Below are positions 1 through 9,228 of a stretch of 64,000 nt of DNA, one piece after another. The number at the start of each line of letters is the position of its first letter. The first letter of the stretch is position 1. The stretch is taken from contig CP000070.1 of assembly GCA_000002445.1 (NCBI GenBank), forward strand, positions 832,001 to 896,000. Direction: 5' to 3'. This DNA comes from Trypanosoma brucei (Eukaryota). The notes under the pieces are model-generated. The model saw only the letters and a program-made list of their open reading frames with translations. It was not told the origin of the DNA and made no database searches. Made by a program: the position numbers and the translations under genes.

Positions 1-171
1 TTCCGTTTATCGTCGGGCAGTGACAATTCGGACTGTCAAACCCTGTCAAGGACGATATCTACGCTGAGTGTCAGAAAAACCTTAGCCCCTGTTCACGAGG
101 GTCACCGCTGCGCCTCCGTTTACCGACTTCTCGGTGCCGGAAGCAGTCTCAGCGAAGATACCACCGCCCAT

Positions 172-2019
172 ATGGCCCAGACTGAAGTTGAGCAAATATG
201 CTCTGGTGAAGCCGAGCCGTACACCTCATACCTCTTCTCCCCTGTCGTGCGTGTAGTGGATCTCAGTGAGGGGCGAAGCTCTCCAACGCCGCCTGGCGGG
301 AATGAAGACCGAATGGCTCCTGACGGGGACCTTGAGATGAAGGATGGGTGTACCAGAGTGAGTTTTTCCCCAAATGGGGAATGCTACGTAGTAGGGACAA
401 GGAGAGGTTTCTTGTGGCTCTTCACGACAGGTTCGCCGCCGGGTCAAAATAATATCTATGGTTACGGTGATGAAAAAGGCGATGGGGTTTGCCTTGACGA
501 GGAGCCACCAGTGGAGCCCTTGAAACTTCAGGCGCACGGCGGTCCCGTTACAGACGTGACTTTTAACGACGTTGGCACACTCTTTGCTTCAGCGGGTGGG
601 GACGCTTGTGTGATACTGTGGAATCAGCGCACGAGGTTGAAAGTCCGTCGTATCAACACAGGTGGTGGTGTGCCCACCCTCGTCCGTTTTGTGCCTGAAA
701 ACAACAATTACCTTCTTGTTTCACTCATGCAGCACCGCCTTTTGCGGCTTTACAATACTTCAACAGGCCGCCCCGTAACGCGCAGAGGAGCCGAGATGCG
801 GATAGAAGCGTCCACTGTGGCAGTTCACTTCTGCGCCGACCCGTTCTTATTCATTGGTGACACAAGCGGAACCGTGAGCATGTGGCGGTACTACTTAGGG
901 TGTGAACACACATGCGCTATGTGCCCCCTTGAACCAAGGCGAAGTGGGGAATGGCGAGAGGGCCGCGCTTCTTCCCCAGCGGTCACAGGTCTTCTCCCGC
1001 ATGGAGTCGCCTCAGGTGCTTCCTCCACAAGGGGAAGCATAAAAGAAAGGTGTTGTCAGGTCCCTGCGGTAGTGGTGGAAAACCAGCCTTGCTTCGAAAA
1101 GGCGGGATCGCTTCTGCTGGAAAAGGGCACGCCGGTGGGAGCACTCGCGGTGAGCACCATGACCCAAGAGCAGCTGCGCTATCTGAAGCGAGCCCAGCGC
1201 ATTGGGTGGAAGATTCCCAAGCGAGGACTCTTCGGAAAGTTGATAGAGGGAATACTCTCTGAAGCGCTCAACCGTAACAACTCCAGCGAATCACCCGGAG
1301 AAATGGATGCCAGTGACTGCTCCAAGTTGATGTGCGCCGTGATGTTGCTCGCGTCGTTGCCGTGCGATCGGATGGCCGTTCTGTGCATTCAGGCGAAGGC
1401 AGAAGACACCCGCGAGTACACGTTGGTGCCCATGTTGGTGGTGGACCGTGCCTGCCGCATCCGGCACATGAGCACTGGGGCTGCGTTCTGCACCGACAAC
1501 GTGCGCTCCCCAACCTTCACATCCACGTGCGAGGAGGGTTTTGTTCAAATTATCGCCTGTACTGCTGCCCGCATGCTGCCGGTGGCAAAGGAAGAGACCG
1601 CGGCCACGGGCTCCTCCGCTGTGGTTACGCCGTGGGCTGTCATGGCGACACTTCCAGTCCCTTGCGGCGGCAGTCCCTCCAGCCTGGCTTGGTCGCCCGA
1701 CATGCGAATCCTTACAGCCGTGACTGAAGAAGGGATGGTTTATCAATGGCGTCGCGTCCAGCTGCACCAAGGCACTACGGTTAACGAAGACATCAATCGT
1801 GACGCCGATGATGGCCTTCGGGCTTCAACGACGAGGGATGAGGTGGATGAGTGGCGGAGGCACTTTGAGAGGGAGAAGAAACGGCAACTGCACCGCTACC
1901 GGGCGAGAAAGAATGCCGCCAACCAACTTGAGGACACATCTCGGCCATACGGCGGCCTGAATGCCGGGAGCGGGTCGCGAACAAGTGTCGTTCAAAGCCT
2001 TTGTCATGCAAGCAACTGA
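172..2019 (+). CDS. WD40-repeat protein (615 aa), function unknown
   Basis: ATG at 172-174 checked in sequence. WD-like blades ('GGPVTDVTFNDVGTLFASAGGDACVILWN', 'GTVSMWRY') with a charged coiled C-terminus. No specific family recognised. Confidence 0.7.
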   Translation: MAQTEVEQICSGEAEPYTSYLFSPVVRVVDLSEGRSSPTPPGGNEDRMAPDGDLEMKDGCTRVSFSPNGECYVVGTRRGFLWLFTTGSPPGQNNIYGYGDEKGDGVCLDEEPPVEPLKLQAHGGPVTDVTFNDVGTLFASAGGDACVILWNQRTRLKVRRINTGGGVPTLVRFVPENNNYLLVSLMQHRLLRLYNTSTGRPVTRRGAEMRIEASTVAVHFCADPFLFIGDTSGTVSMWRYYLGCEHTCAMCPLEPRRSGEWREGRASSPAVTGLLPHGVASGASSTRGSIKERCCQVPAVVVENQPCFEKAGSLLLEKGTPVGALAVSTMTQEQLRYLKRAQRIGWKIPKRGLFGKLIEGILSEALNRNNSSESPGEMDASDCSKLMCAVMLLASLPCDRMAVLCIQAKAEDTREYTLVPMLVVDRACRIRHMSTGAAFCTDNVRSPTFTSTCEEGFVQIIACTAARMLPVAKEETAATGSSAVVTPWAVMATLPVPCGGSPSSLAWSPDMRILTAVTEEGMVYQWRRVQLHQGTTVNEDINRDADDGLRASTTRDEVDEWRRHFEREKKRQLHRYRARKNAANQLEDTSRPYGGLNAGSGSRTSVVQSLCHASN

Positions 2020-2317
2020 TGCGCGGCGCCGCCCACGGTGTGGCACCGCTTGCGCAATGAACGCATGGCCGAAATGTGCCCTTCGTAATATACAAAAAAA
2101 ACTCAGAGGGGTGGTGTTCCCTCGTTCTCCCCTCCCCCCGTCGCACGCCAACTGCACCTACTTGCACGGAAATCGACCGCGCTCTTTCTTTCTACTGGGC
2201 GCCGACTGATTTGCACCCCCTTTTCTAAACACCCACCCTTTTCCACCACCCCGTTATTTACCCCCGGCCCCGGCGTCAGCCGCCACTCGCAGTAGGATTC
2301 TTAGGGACATCTGGAGA

Positions 2318-2809
2318 ATGCTGCGCTCAACTCTGACCTCACTGAACACGTTTCTCACAAGCTCCGTCGCCACCCCACCGATATCTGTAATTAGAACGGG
2401 GCCGAAATGGTGGGCGGATCCCGAGCGCATGGTACGGCAGAAACTCATGTACTTCACGTTAGGGGTCGATCAGCTTCCACTGCGACGAACGGCGGTCATA
2501 CAGCGAGACCTGCAACGCTTCCATATGTGCAAACCGCCTCCCCGTGTTGGGGACTCAACGGGCTACAAACGCTCCCGGGCAGCTCAACTTAACACTTGGT
2601 ATCGCCGCATCCAGTACCAGGAGTATCACATGCAGCATCTCTTCACCAGGCATGTGTGGGGACTGTTGCGTGTGTACCCGGGGAACACTACGAAGATACA
2701 AGGCAAGGCAGATGATGGCTACGTGGGGTACGATTCGGTTCCGTTCCACCGATACAATCGGGCTCCTCTCCCGTTCCCCGCACGGGAACTTTACGAGCGG
2801 AGGAAATAG
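2318..2809 (+). CDS. Hypothetical small basic protein (163 aa), possible mitochondrial presequence
   Basis: ATG at 2318 checked. N-terminus 'MLRSTLTSLNTFLTSSVATPP' is R/S/T/L-rich. Same strand and spacing as the upstream gene and not overlapped by a better ORF. No motif recognised. Confidence 0.45.
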   Translation: MLRSTLTSLNTFLTSSVATPPISVIRTGPKWWADPERMVRQKLMYFTLGVDQLPLRRTAVIQRDLQRFHMCKPPPRVGDSTGYKRSRAAQLNTWYRRIQYQEYHMQHLFTRHVWGLLRVYPGNTTKIQGKADDGYVGYDSVPFHRYNRAPLPFPARELYERRK

Positions 2810-4328
2810 TCGAAAGGCATGTTGTATACGGAAGGACGGAGGGAGGGAGTTACAGTGGAAGAACGTCTTTTAAGAAGTGTGAACGTTTATCGCGCGTGCT
2901 TGGGGATGAGAGAAGTTCCTTGTGCATTGTCAATTTGTCTTGTACGTGGGGATGCTGCTGTCACACGCTCTTTTTCTCCACCTTCTAAGAAAGGAGTACC
3001 ACCGATAGGATTTTAGGATGAAGGAGTGCTGGAGGTGCCTAAACGAATTAAATAGCTTAGTAATATGAGGAAGGGAAGGAACACCTTAAATGTTCACGAA
3101 TCACCACCGGGGCACAAAGCCATAGCCGCTACCCACAAATCACGCTCAACGCGCCTCTAACGACAAAGCGAAGGGGTGCTGCAAACGGCTGGCGATAAGT
3201 GGAAATCACAACTACTATTGGGGCCGGCGTTGTGGGTTTTTTCAGTGTGCTTTCGCGTTGTGATGACAATGAGTTCCACTACCATTCACCAACCATCCAC
3301 AAAAGAGGGACGATACGCGGAGTCCCAAAATGAGGAGGACTAATGCGCGATCACTCTCCTCCTCGCGTTTTCGGAAGGGGCGAGGAAAAACTACTCTCAT
3401 AGACAGTTTTCAGCGCCGTCAAACCATGCCGGCGCAGCCGCGGAAACTTCCTAAGGTAACATCTTTCCTCTCCTCCTCCCCCATTTTCCAGAGCAGCCGT
3501 GCGCCTCCTCAGTGACGAGAAGAAAAAAACACCGTCAGACATGGGAACCTCTCTTGCCCAAAGACCGATGTAGATCTGTGACCTACGGCATGCCGTTTAC
3601 CTCCACCAAAAGTGACAAAATCACACCGTGAAATCCACTTTTTTTTTTTTCGACGGCGCTAAGCTACCCCCAGAAGCCAGCCGACCCGACTGACAGACAA
3701 CCACCAGCGAAACATGACCCCTCCTCTGCATCTTAGAAGTCACCTCCATTTCCAGTGCAATTCTTACCGTGCGAGAGAACGAAAGGAACTAGGACCACCA
3801 TTTGCAAAAATGGATCGCCCAAAGCACGAACAGCTTCGACCCAGCTTGCGGGTGGGTTAGGATAGTTGCAATTCCTTCTTTTGGACTATCATCTAAAGCG
3901 CACTAAAACAAAGATTCGGGGGAAGTGAAAACCCACGTCGTGACAGGTCGTTATTAACCTTAACTCTACAACTGTCGTTGCCTTAACCAGTAGGGTTAGT
4001 CCTGTCTCCTTTTATGGTTGGCATTATTCGCTTCTTCTTTTGTTGGGTAGCTAAATTTAAAAAAAAATCTCCGGAGTTTAGCGCAGTTGGTTATTACAGT
4101 TTTCCTTTACACCCCGCTCCATTTAATTCGATTTCCTAGTGTCCGGGTGTCGCCTGCCGAACGTGCATCTGTCCCTAGCTCTCCCCCCCCCCTCTCGCTG
4201 GAAACCTATGTTAGTCTCATCCCCTTATCCCCTCCCCCGAAATGTGTTTTTATTCTCTCTTTTTCCTTCCCCCTCCGTAATATTAATCAACAATACGAAG
4301 CAGGACGGTTTCGGCGGTAACATTCCCT
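2810..4328. promoter_or_regulatory. Convergent strand-switch region (likely RNA pol II transcription termination zone) between the + unit and the minus-strand array
   Basis: The + strand gene 3' end is at 2809 and the minus-strand gene 3' end at 4329. No ORF longer than ~65 aa, T13 tract at ~3640-3657, no tRNA-like T-loop or acceptor sequences found by eye. Confidence 0.5.
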
Positions 4329-5522
4329 TCAAAGCATTCGCAACAATAGAACTGCGGAACAAAGTGCAGCGGCACGAACACCCGAATGTGCTGCCGGATT
4401 GGACTCCGCTCTCATGACAGGTCTTCGCGCCGGTTCTGCAGAATAGTTGGATTTCAGTCGTACCTCCTCTTGTCCCCTTGAGGTGGATTCTTCGTTCACT
4501 CTCCTCGACAACTCCAAACTGTTCAGAATCTCCCCGATCAGTTCCTCGTGAAGCTGGTCATTAGTGAGTTCTGCCTCTTTGTGCCCTATGCATTTCGTCA
4601 ATTCATCCGCGGTAGTTTTTATTTTTTCCATAACCGCATTTTTTGCTTCTTCGAAACGCGCAAACAGGCGGATGACATCCCCAAATATACTCACTTTATT
4701 GGGATCTTCAGTCCACCGCACTGCACCGTAGGAAGTGACGTCACCGTACTCTCCCCCCTTTACATTTAGTTTGCCTTCCACACTTGATGCGAAATTCATC
4801 ACTCCACCACCCCACGTGAAGCTGTGACTCAATGACCCACCTTTTAATAAACCGTCTGTTGCCGTCCTCATCAAGTTGCAACCCCTGTCTTCATTTCGTT
4901 CAATGATGCTCTCCGCACCCAAGCTACTGAAGGAAATGGATGATAGCGCTTCGTGGAGTTGCAAGTTTTTCTCTGCCGACTTCGTTACATGTGAATCCTC
5001 GATTTTGTAAAGGGTTTCAGGTCCAATTGTTCCACGAAAACATTCTTGCAACTTGTCGTGCACCGCTGGCCTGCTCCCTCCCACGCTTATGCAAAACTGC
5101 GACGTCGTGCGTGCCGCCTGTGCAAATGCAAAAATCCACTCTTCCAGTCTTCCGGCTGCTAACCCAGCGGCGGCTGCTGCTAGCGCCGATGCATTCCTCA
5201 TTTCCTCTAACTCCTGCTGGAATGTAAACTCATTCTTCAATACTGTTTTCAAGAGTGTCCTGATGTCTTTACAATCTTTCTCACTAGAAGGTACGCTGTT
5301 TCGCATTACCGATAACTGCAACTGCGCGCTTTTGATCTTCAAATCTGACAGTTTCTTCATAACCGCAGCACTCCCGCTGTTTACTCTGTGTGCTACCCCT
5401 TTAAGATATGTCGATAACTCACACACTTTATTAGCGGCTGTCGCGTTTAGTGCATTCCTTTCATAATAATTTGCACGTGTTTCTTTTCCCAACAGCGCCA
5501 ACAGCACGAACCAAAACCTCAT
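4329..5522 (-). CDS. ESAG6: ESAG6-like transferrin-receptor subunit / VSG-fold surface protein (397 aa) with signal peptide and hydrophobic C-terminal tail (putative GPI signal)
   Basis: ATG at 5520-5522 checked. Signal peptide 'MRFWFVLLALLGKETRA', Ala-rich helices ('ALAAAAAGLAAGRLEEW'), N-glycosylation sites, 'FTWGGGV' motif. C-terminus '...AAALCSAVLLLRML' is hydrophobic. Size and signal peptide match my recollection of T. brucei ESAG6. Not searched. Confidence 0.7.
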   Translation of the reverse strand: MRFWFVLLALLGKETRANYYERNALNATAANKVCELSTYLKGVAHRVNSGSAAVMKKLSDLKIKSAQLQLSVMRNSVPSSEKDCKDIRTLLKTVLKNEFTFQQELEEMRNASALAAAAAGLAAGRLEEWIFAFAQAARTTSQFCISVGGSRPAVHDKLQECFRGTIGPETLYKIEDSHVTKSAEKNLQLHEALSSISFSSLGAESIIERNEDRGCNLMRTATDGLLKGGSLSHSFTWGGGVMNFASSVEGKLNVKGGEYGDVTSYGAVRWTEDPNKVSIFGDVIRLFARFEEAKNAVMEKIKTTADELTKCIGHKEAELTNDQLHEELIGEILNSLELSRRVNEESTSRGQEEVRLKSNYSAEPARRPVMRAESNPAAHSGVRAAALCSAVLLLRML

Positions 5523-5729
5523 TTTGTTCTCTTTATTTAATTATACTTGAGCTTTCACCTTCGTTACTGAGTAAAAACTAAATCACTCGTGCTATTCTTG
5601 ACACAGATTACCATTGTGGTGACAGTCCGGGAGAATACATTCTCAGTCCCATTTTGCTTTGTCCTACCAAACTCTCATTATAATAAACACCACTGCCTCA
5701 CACGCGTAGGTAGCAGCTACGTCCCCCCA

Positions 5730-5747
5730 ACACACACACACACACAC
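5730..5747. repeat. (CA)8 microsatellite upstream of the ESAG6-like gene; copy at ~8115-8133 is (CA)9
   Basis: 'cacacacacacacaca' read directly; length differs between the two duplication copies. Confidence 0.9.
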
Positions 5748-6160
5748 AACATTCCCCTCAATTGCTCACTTGAAAACAAATAGCAACAGTAATAACACAC
5801 ACACCGCAACAAATTGTACCTCAAATACTTGTTTCCTTCCCTACATCCGAACCATCTTATCCAGCCTCCACTCGACACAGTGTTTTGAAGGGAATAAAAA
5901 CCACTTCCAGGATATTGCTAACCAACAACCCTCCTTCTCGTTAATTAACGCCCTTTTCAACCGATTCTCTTTCGGTGTAGATGATACCGATCATCCCTTG
6001 CAGCTTCATACCACCCTACCCTTCATGGCAGCGCCTTGTCGCTTACTTCTAGCTCTGCGTCCGTGTATTATAACCAAGCGGTAGGTAAAACCAACAACCA
6101 CCAAAAAGATAAGAAAAATAATCCTCATTTAAAACCCCCAAAGTTGTACTTTCCTCAATA

Positions 6161-8374
6161 AACTAGGACCACCATTTGCAAAAATGGATCGCCCAAAGGA
6201 CGAACAGCTTCGACCCAGCTTGCGGGTGGGTTAGGATAGTTGCAATTCCTTCTTTTGGACTATCATCTAAAGCGTACTAAAACAAAGATTCGGGAGAAGT
6301 GAAAACCCACGTCGTGACAGGTCGTTATTAACCTTAACTCTACAACTGTCGTTGCCTTAACCAGTAGGGTTAGTCCTGTCTCCTTTTATGGTTGGCATTA
6401 TTCGCTTCTTCTTTTGTTGGGTAGCTAAATTTAAAAAAAAAATCTCCGGAGTTTAGCGCAGTTGGTTATTACAGTTTTCCTTTACACCCCGCTCCATTTA
6501 ATTCGATTTCCTAGTGTCCGGGTGTCGCCTGCCGAACGTGCATCTGTCCCTAGCTCTCCCCCCCCCTCTCGCTGGAAACCTATGTTAGTCTCATCCCCTT
6601 ATCCCCTCCCCCGAAATGTGTTTTTATTCTCTCTTTTTCCTTCCCCCTCCGTAACATTAATCAACAATACGAAGCAGGACGGTTTCGGCGGTAACATTCC
6701 CTTCAAAGCATTCGCAACAATAGAACTGCGGAACAAAGTGCAGCGGCACGAACACCCGAATGTGCTGCCGGATTGGACTCCGCTCTCATGACAGGTCTTC
6801 GCGCCGGTTCTGCAGAATAGTTGGATTTCAGTCGTACCTCCTGTCACTTTATTCCTAACCGCCCAAACCCCGCACTGAGGTCCCACTTCACAGCAACTCC
6901 AGATAGTTTTGTATCGCCTTGAATTGCCGTTCGTGAAGCTGGTCATTAGTGAGTTCTGCCTCTTTGTGCCCTATGCATTTCGTCAATTCATCCGCGGTAG
7001 TTTTTATTTTTTCCATAACCGCATTTTTTGCTTCTTCGAAACGCGCAAACAGGCGGATGACATCCCCAAATATACTCACTTTATTGGGATCTTCAGTCCA
7101 CCGCACTGCACCGTAGGAAGTGACGTCACCGTACTCTCCCCCCTTTACATTTAGTTTGCCTTCCACACTTGATGCGAAATTCATCACTCCACCACCCCAC
7201 GTGAAGCTGTGACTCAATGACCCACCTTTTAATAAACCGTCTGTTGCCGTCCTCATCAAGTTGCAACCCCTGTCTTCATTTCGTTCAATGATGCTCTCCG
7301 CACCCAAGCTACTGAAGGAAATGGATGATAGCGCTTCGTGGAGTTGCAAGTTTTTCTCTGCCGACTTCGTTACATGTGAATCCTCGATTTTGTAAAGGGT
7401 TTCAGGTCCAATTGTTCCACGAAAACATTCTTGCAACTTGTCGTGCACCGCTGGCCTGCTCCCTCCCACGCTTATGCAAAACTGCGACGTCGTGCGTGCC
7501 GCCTGTGCAAATGCAAAAATCCACTCTTCCAGTCTTCCGGCTGCTAACCCAGCGGCGGCTGCTGCTAGCGCCGATGCATTCCTCATTTCCTCTAACTCCT
7601 GCTGGAATGTAAACTCATTCTTCAATACTGTTTTCAAGAGTGTCCTGATGTCTTTACAATCTTTCTCACTAGAAGGTACGCTGTTTCGCATTACCGATAA
7701 CTGCAACTGCGCGCTTTTGATCTTCAAATCTGACAGTTTCTTCATAACCGCAGCACTCCCGCTGTTTACTCTGTGTGCTACCCCTTTAAGATATGTCGAT
7801 AACTCACACACTTTATTAGCGGCTGTCGCGTTTAGTGCATTCCTTTCATAATAATTTGCACGTGTTTCTTTTCCCAACAGCGCCAACAGCACGAACCAAA
7901 ACCTCATTTTGTTCTCTTTATTTAATTATACTTGAGCTTTCACCTTCGTTACTGAGTAAAAACTAAATCACTCGTGCTATTCTTGACACAGATTACCATT
8001 GTGGTGACAGTCCGGGAGAATACATTCTCAGTCCCATTTTGCTTTGTCCTACCAAACTCTCATTATAATAAACACCACTGCCTCACACGCGTAGGTAGCA
8101 GCTACGTCCCCCCAACACACACACACACACACAACATTCCCCTCAATTGCTCACTTGAAAACAAATAGCAACAGTAATAACACACACACCGCAACAAATT
8201 GTACCTCAAATACTTGTTTCCTTCCCTACATCCGAACCATCTTATCCAGCCTCCACTCGACACAGTGTTTTGAAGGGAATAAAAACCACTTCCAGGATAT
8301 TGCTAACCAACAACCCTCCTTCTCGTTAATTAACGCCCTTTTCAACCGATTCTCTTTCGGTGTAGATGATACCG
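6161..8374. repeat. Copy 2 of the 2.37-kb tandem duplication (ends at 'gatgataccg', then unique sequence) carrying an ESAG7-like gene
   Basis: Identity with 3787-5994 except for a 70-80 bp replaced cassette (6852-6935 vs 4469-4540) and a few flank SNPs or indels. Confidence 0.9.
6888..7907 (-). CDS. ESAG7: ESAG7-like transferrin-receptor subunit (339 aa), identical to the ESAG6-like copy over 330 aa but lacking the hydrophobic tail
   Basis: ATG at 7905-7907 checked. Identical to the 4329-5522 product until '...ELTNDQLHE', then 'RQFKAIQNYLELL*' with the stop inside the swapped cassette. The 339-aa size fits ESAG7. Confidence 0.7.
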   Translation of the reverse strand: MRFWFVLLALLGKETRANYYERNALNATAANKVCELSTYLKGVAHRVNSGSAAVMKKLSDLKIKSAQLQLSVMRNSVPSSEKDCKDIRTLLKTVLKNEFTFQQELEEMRNASALAAAAAGLAAGRLEEWIFAFAQAARTTSQFCISVGGSRPAVHDKLQECFRGTIGPETLYKIEDSHVTKSAEKNLQLHEALSSISFSSLGAESIIERNEDRGCNLMRTATDGLLKGGSLSHSFTWGGGVMNFASSVEGKLNVKGGEYGDVTSYGAVRWTEDPNKVSIFGDVIRLFARFEEAKNAVMEKIKTTADELTKCIGHKEAELTNDQLHERQFKAIQNYLELL

Positions 8375-9228
8375 CGACTACCGTTCGCCACAACTGTTGT
8401 GGTTGCTTCAAGTGGTGGTGAGCAAAGCGTTAAGGTATCACTACAATTTGAGGAGAACAAGAGGTCATCTTTTATTATACTGTGCGCTCCAACAGCGCTT
8501 CCTTGTACACAAATTATGTTTGCTAATTTCCTGTCCTTGAGGAGCTCCCTATTCCACAACGCGACACCAGTCTCAGTACAACTTTCCCTTCTTGAAGGTA
8601 CGTTTGCGATTGCGTCACGGGAACACGAAAGTAGCAACAACATTTTTTTTGCTTCACTCCTCCAGTGGACCTATTTGGTACTAATGCTTTTTGTTAACAC
8701 GTTGTCAAAAGGTTGCGGCATCCCATACCCCGAAGCACGCATCTGCATGATCCCCTAACCAACGGCGTACGAATAAGGCGATGCATTTGTTAACGCATGT
8801 TCGTTTGCATGTTTCCTCGCACTTCTGGGAGCGTGAGGTTGACGCGCCTCACCCGATCACTGCCGCACTATCAGCGCAGACGCAGTAACTCTAAAGGAGG
8901 AAGTGTGCCAACACATGTGTGAGGAAAGAATGGCAGTTCTTAAAGCTATGCCCCTAGTAGCTACAGTGGGGCCTCACACCTCCCGTGTGGTCAATGTTTT
9001 GTGCTTCGCTTCTGCAGTTGAATCACACTTGTCCAGTAAAAAAAAAACGGACGGAAGAAAGGAAGTAGATTGAGGACAGCACGGAGAGTGTAACAAAGAA
9101 ATTCCACAGACGTAGACACGCCTTCTTTTCAGCGCAAATCCCTCGGCAAGGGATTCCTACCTTCAGTGCATGCCCAACACAAACAATAACAAGTTACAAC
9201 ACCACCGGAAACAAAAAAAAACGTCCAC

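Larger units (their letters stand above)
3787..6160. repeat. Copy 1 of a 2374-bp direct tandem duplication carrying an ESAG6-like gene
   Basis: 'aactaggaccaccatttgcaaaaatggatcgcccaaag' at 3787 recurs at 6161. Coding part identical to copy 2; flanks ~1% diverged with homopolymer-length differences (C-tract ~4183, A-tract ~4060). Confidence 0.9.

Noticed and set aside
4087-4320. Short + strand ORFs in the duplicated 3' flank (77 aa in copy 1, 109 aa at 6462-6791 in copy 2; also 6599-6946 minus)
   Set aside because: The two copies differ only because of a C-tract length change, which would be a frameshift if coding. They are Pro/Ser-rich and sit in the 3'UTR of the ESAG-like genes.
2810-4328. 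Search for tRNA, snRNA or snoRNA genes in the strand-switch and other intergenic regions
   Set aside because: No T-loop (GGTTCGAATCC or GGTTCAAATCC, either orientation) or convincing C/D box pairs found by eye. A 'tgatga' near 57958 lacks a matching D box and sits in a chance ORF. This needs tRNAscan or snoRNA scanning to be sure.
8326-8758. Overlapping 105-aa (minus) and 130-aa (+) ORFs upstream of the ESAG7-like copy
   Set aside because: They overlap each other, have no motifs, and straddle the duplication boundary. They were treated as noise.
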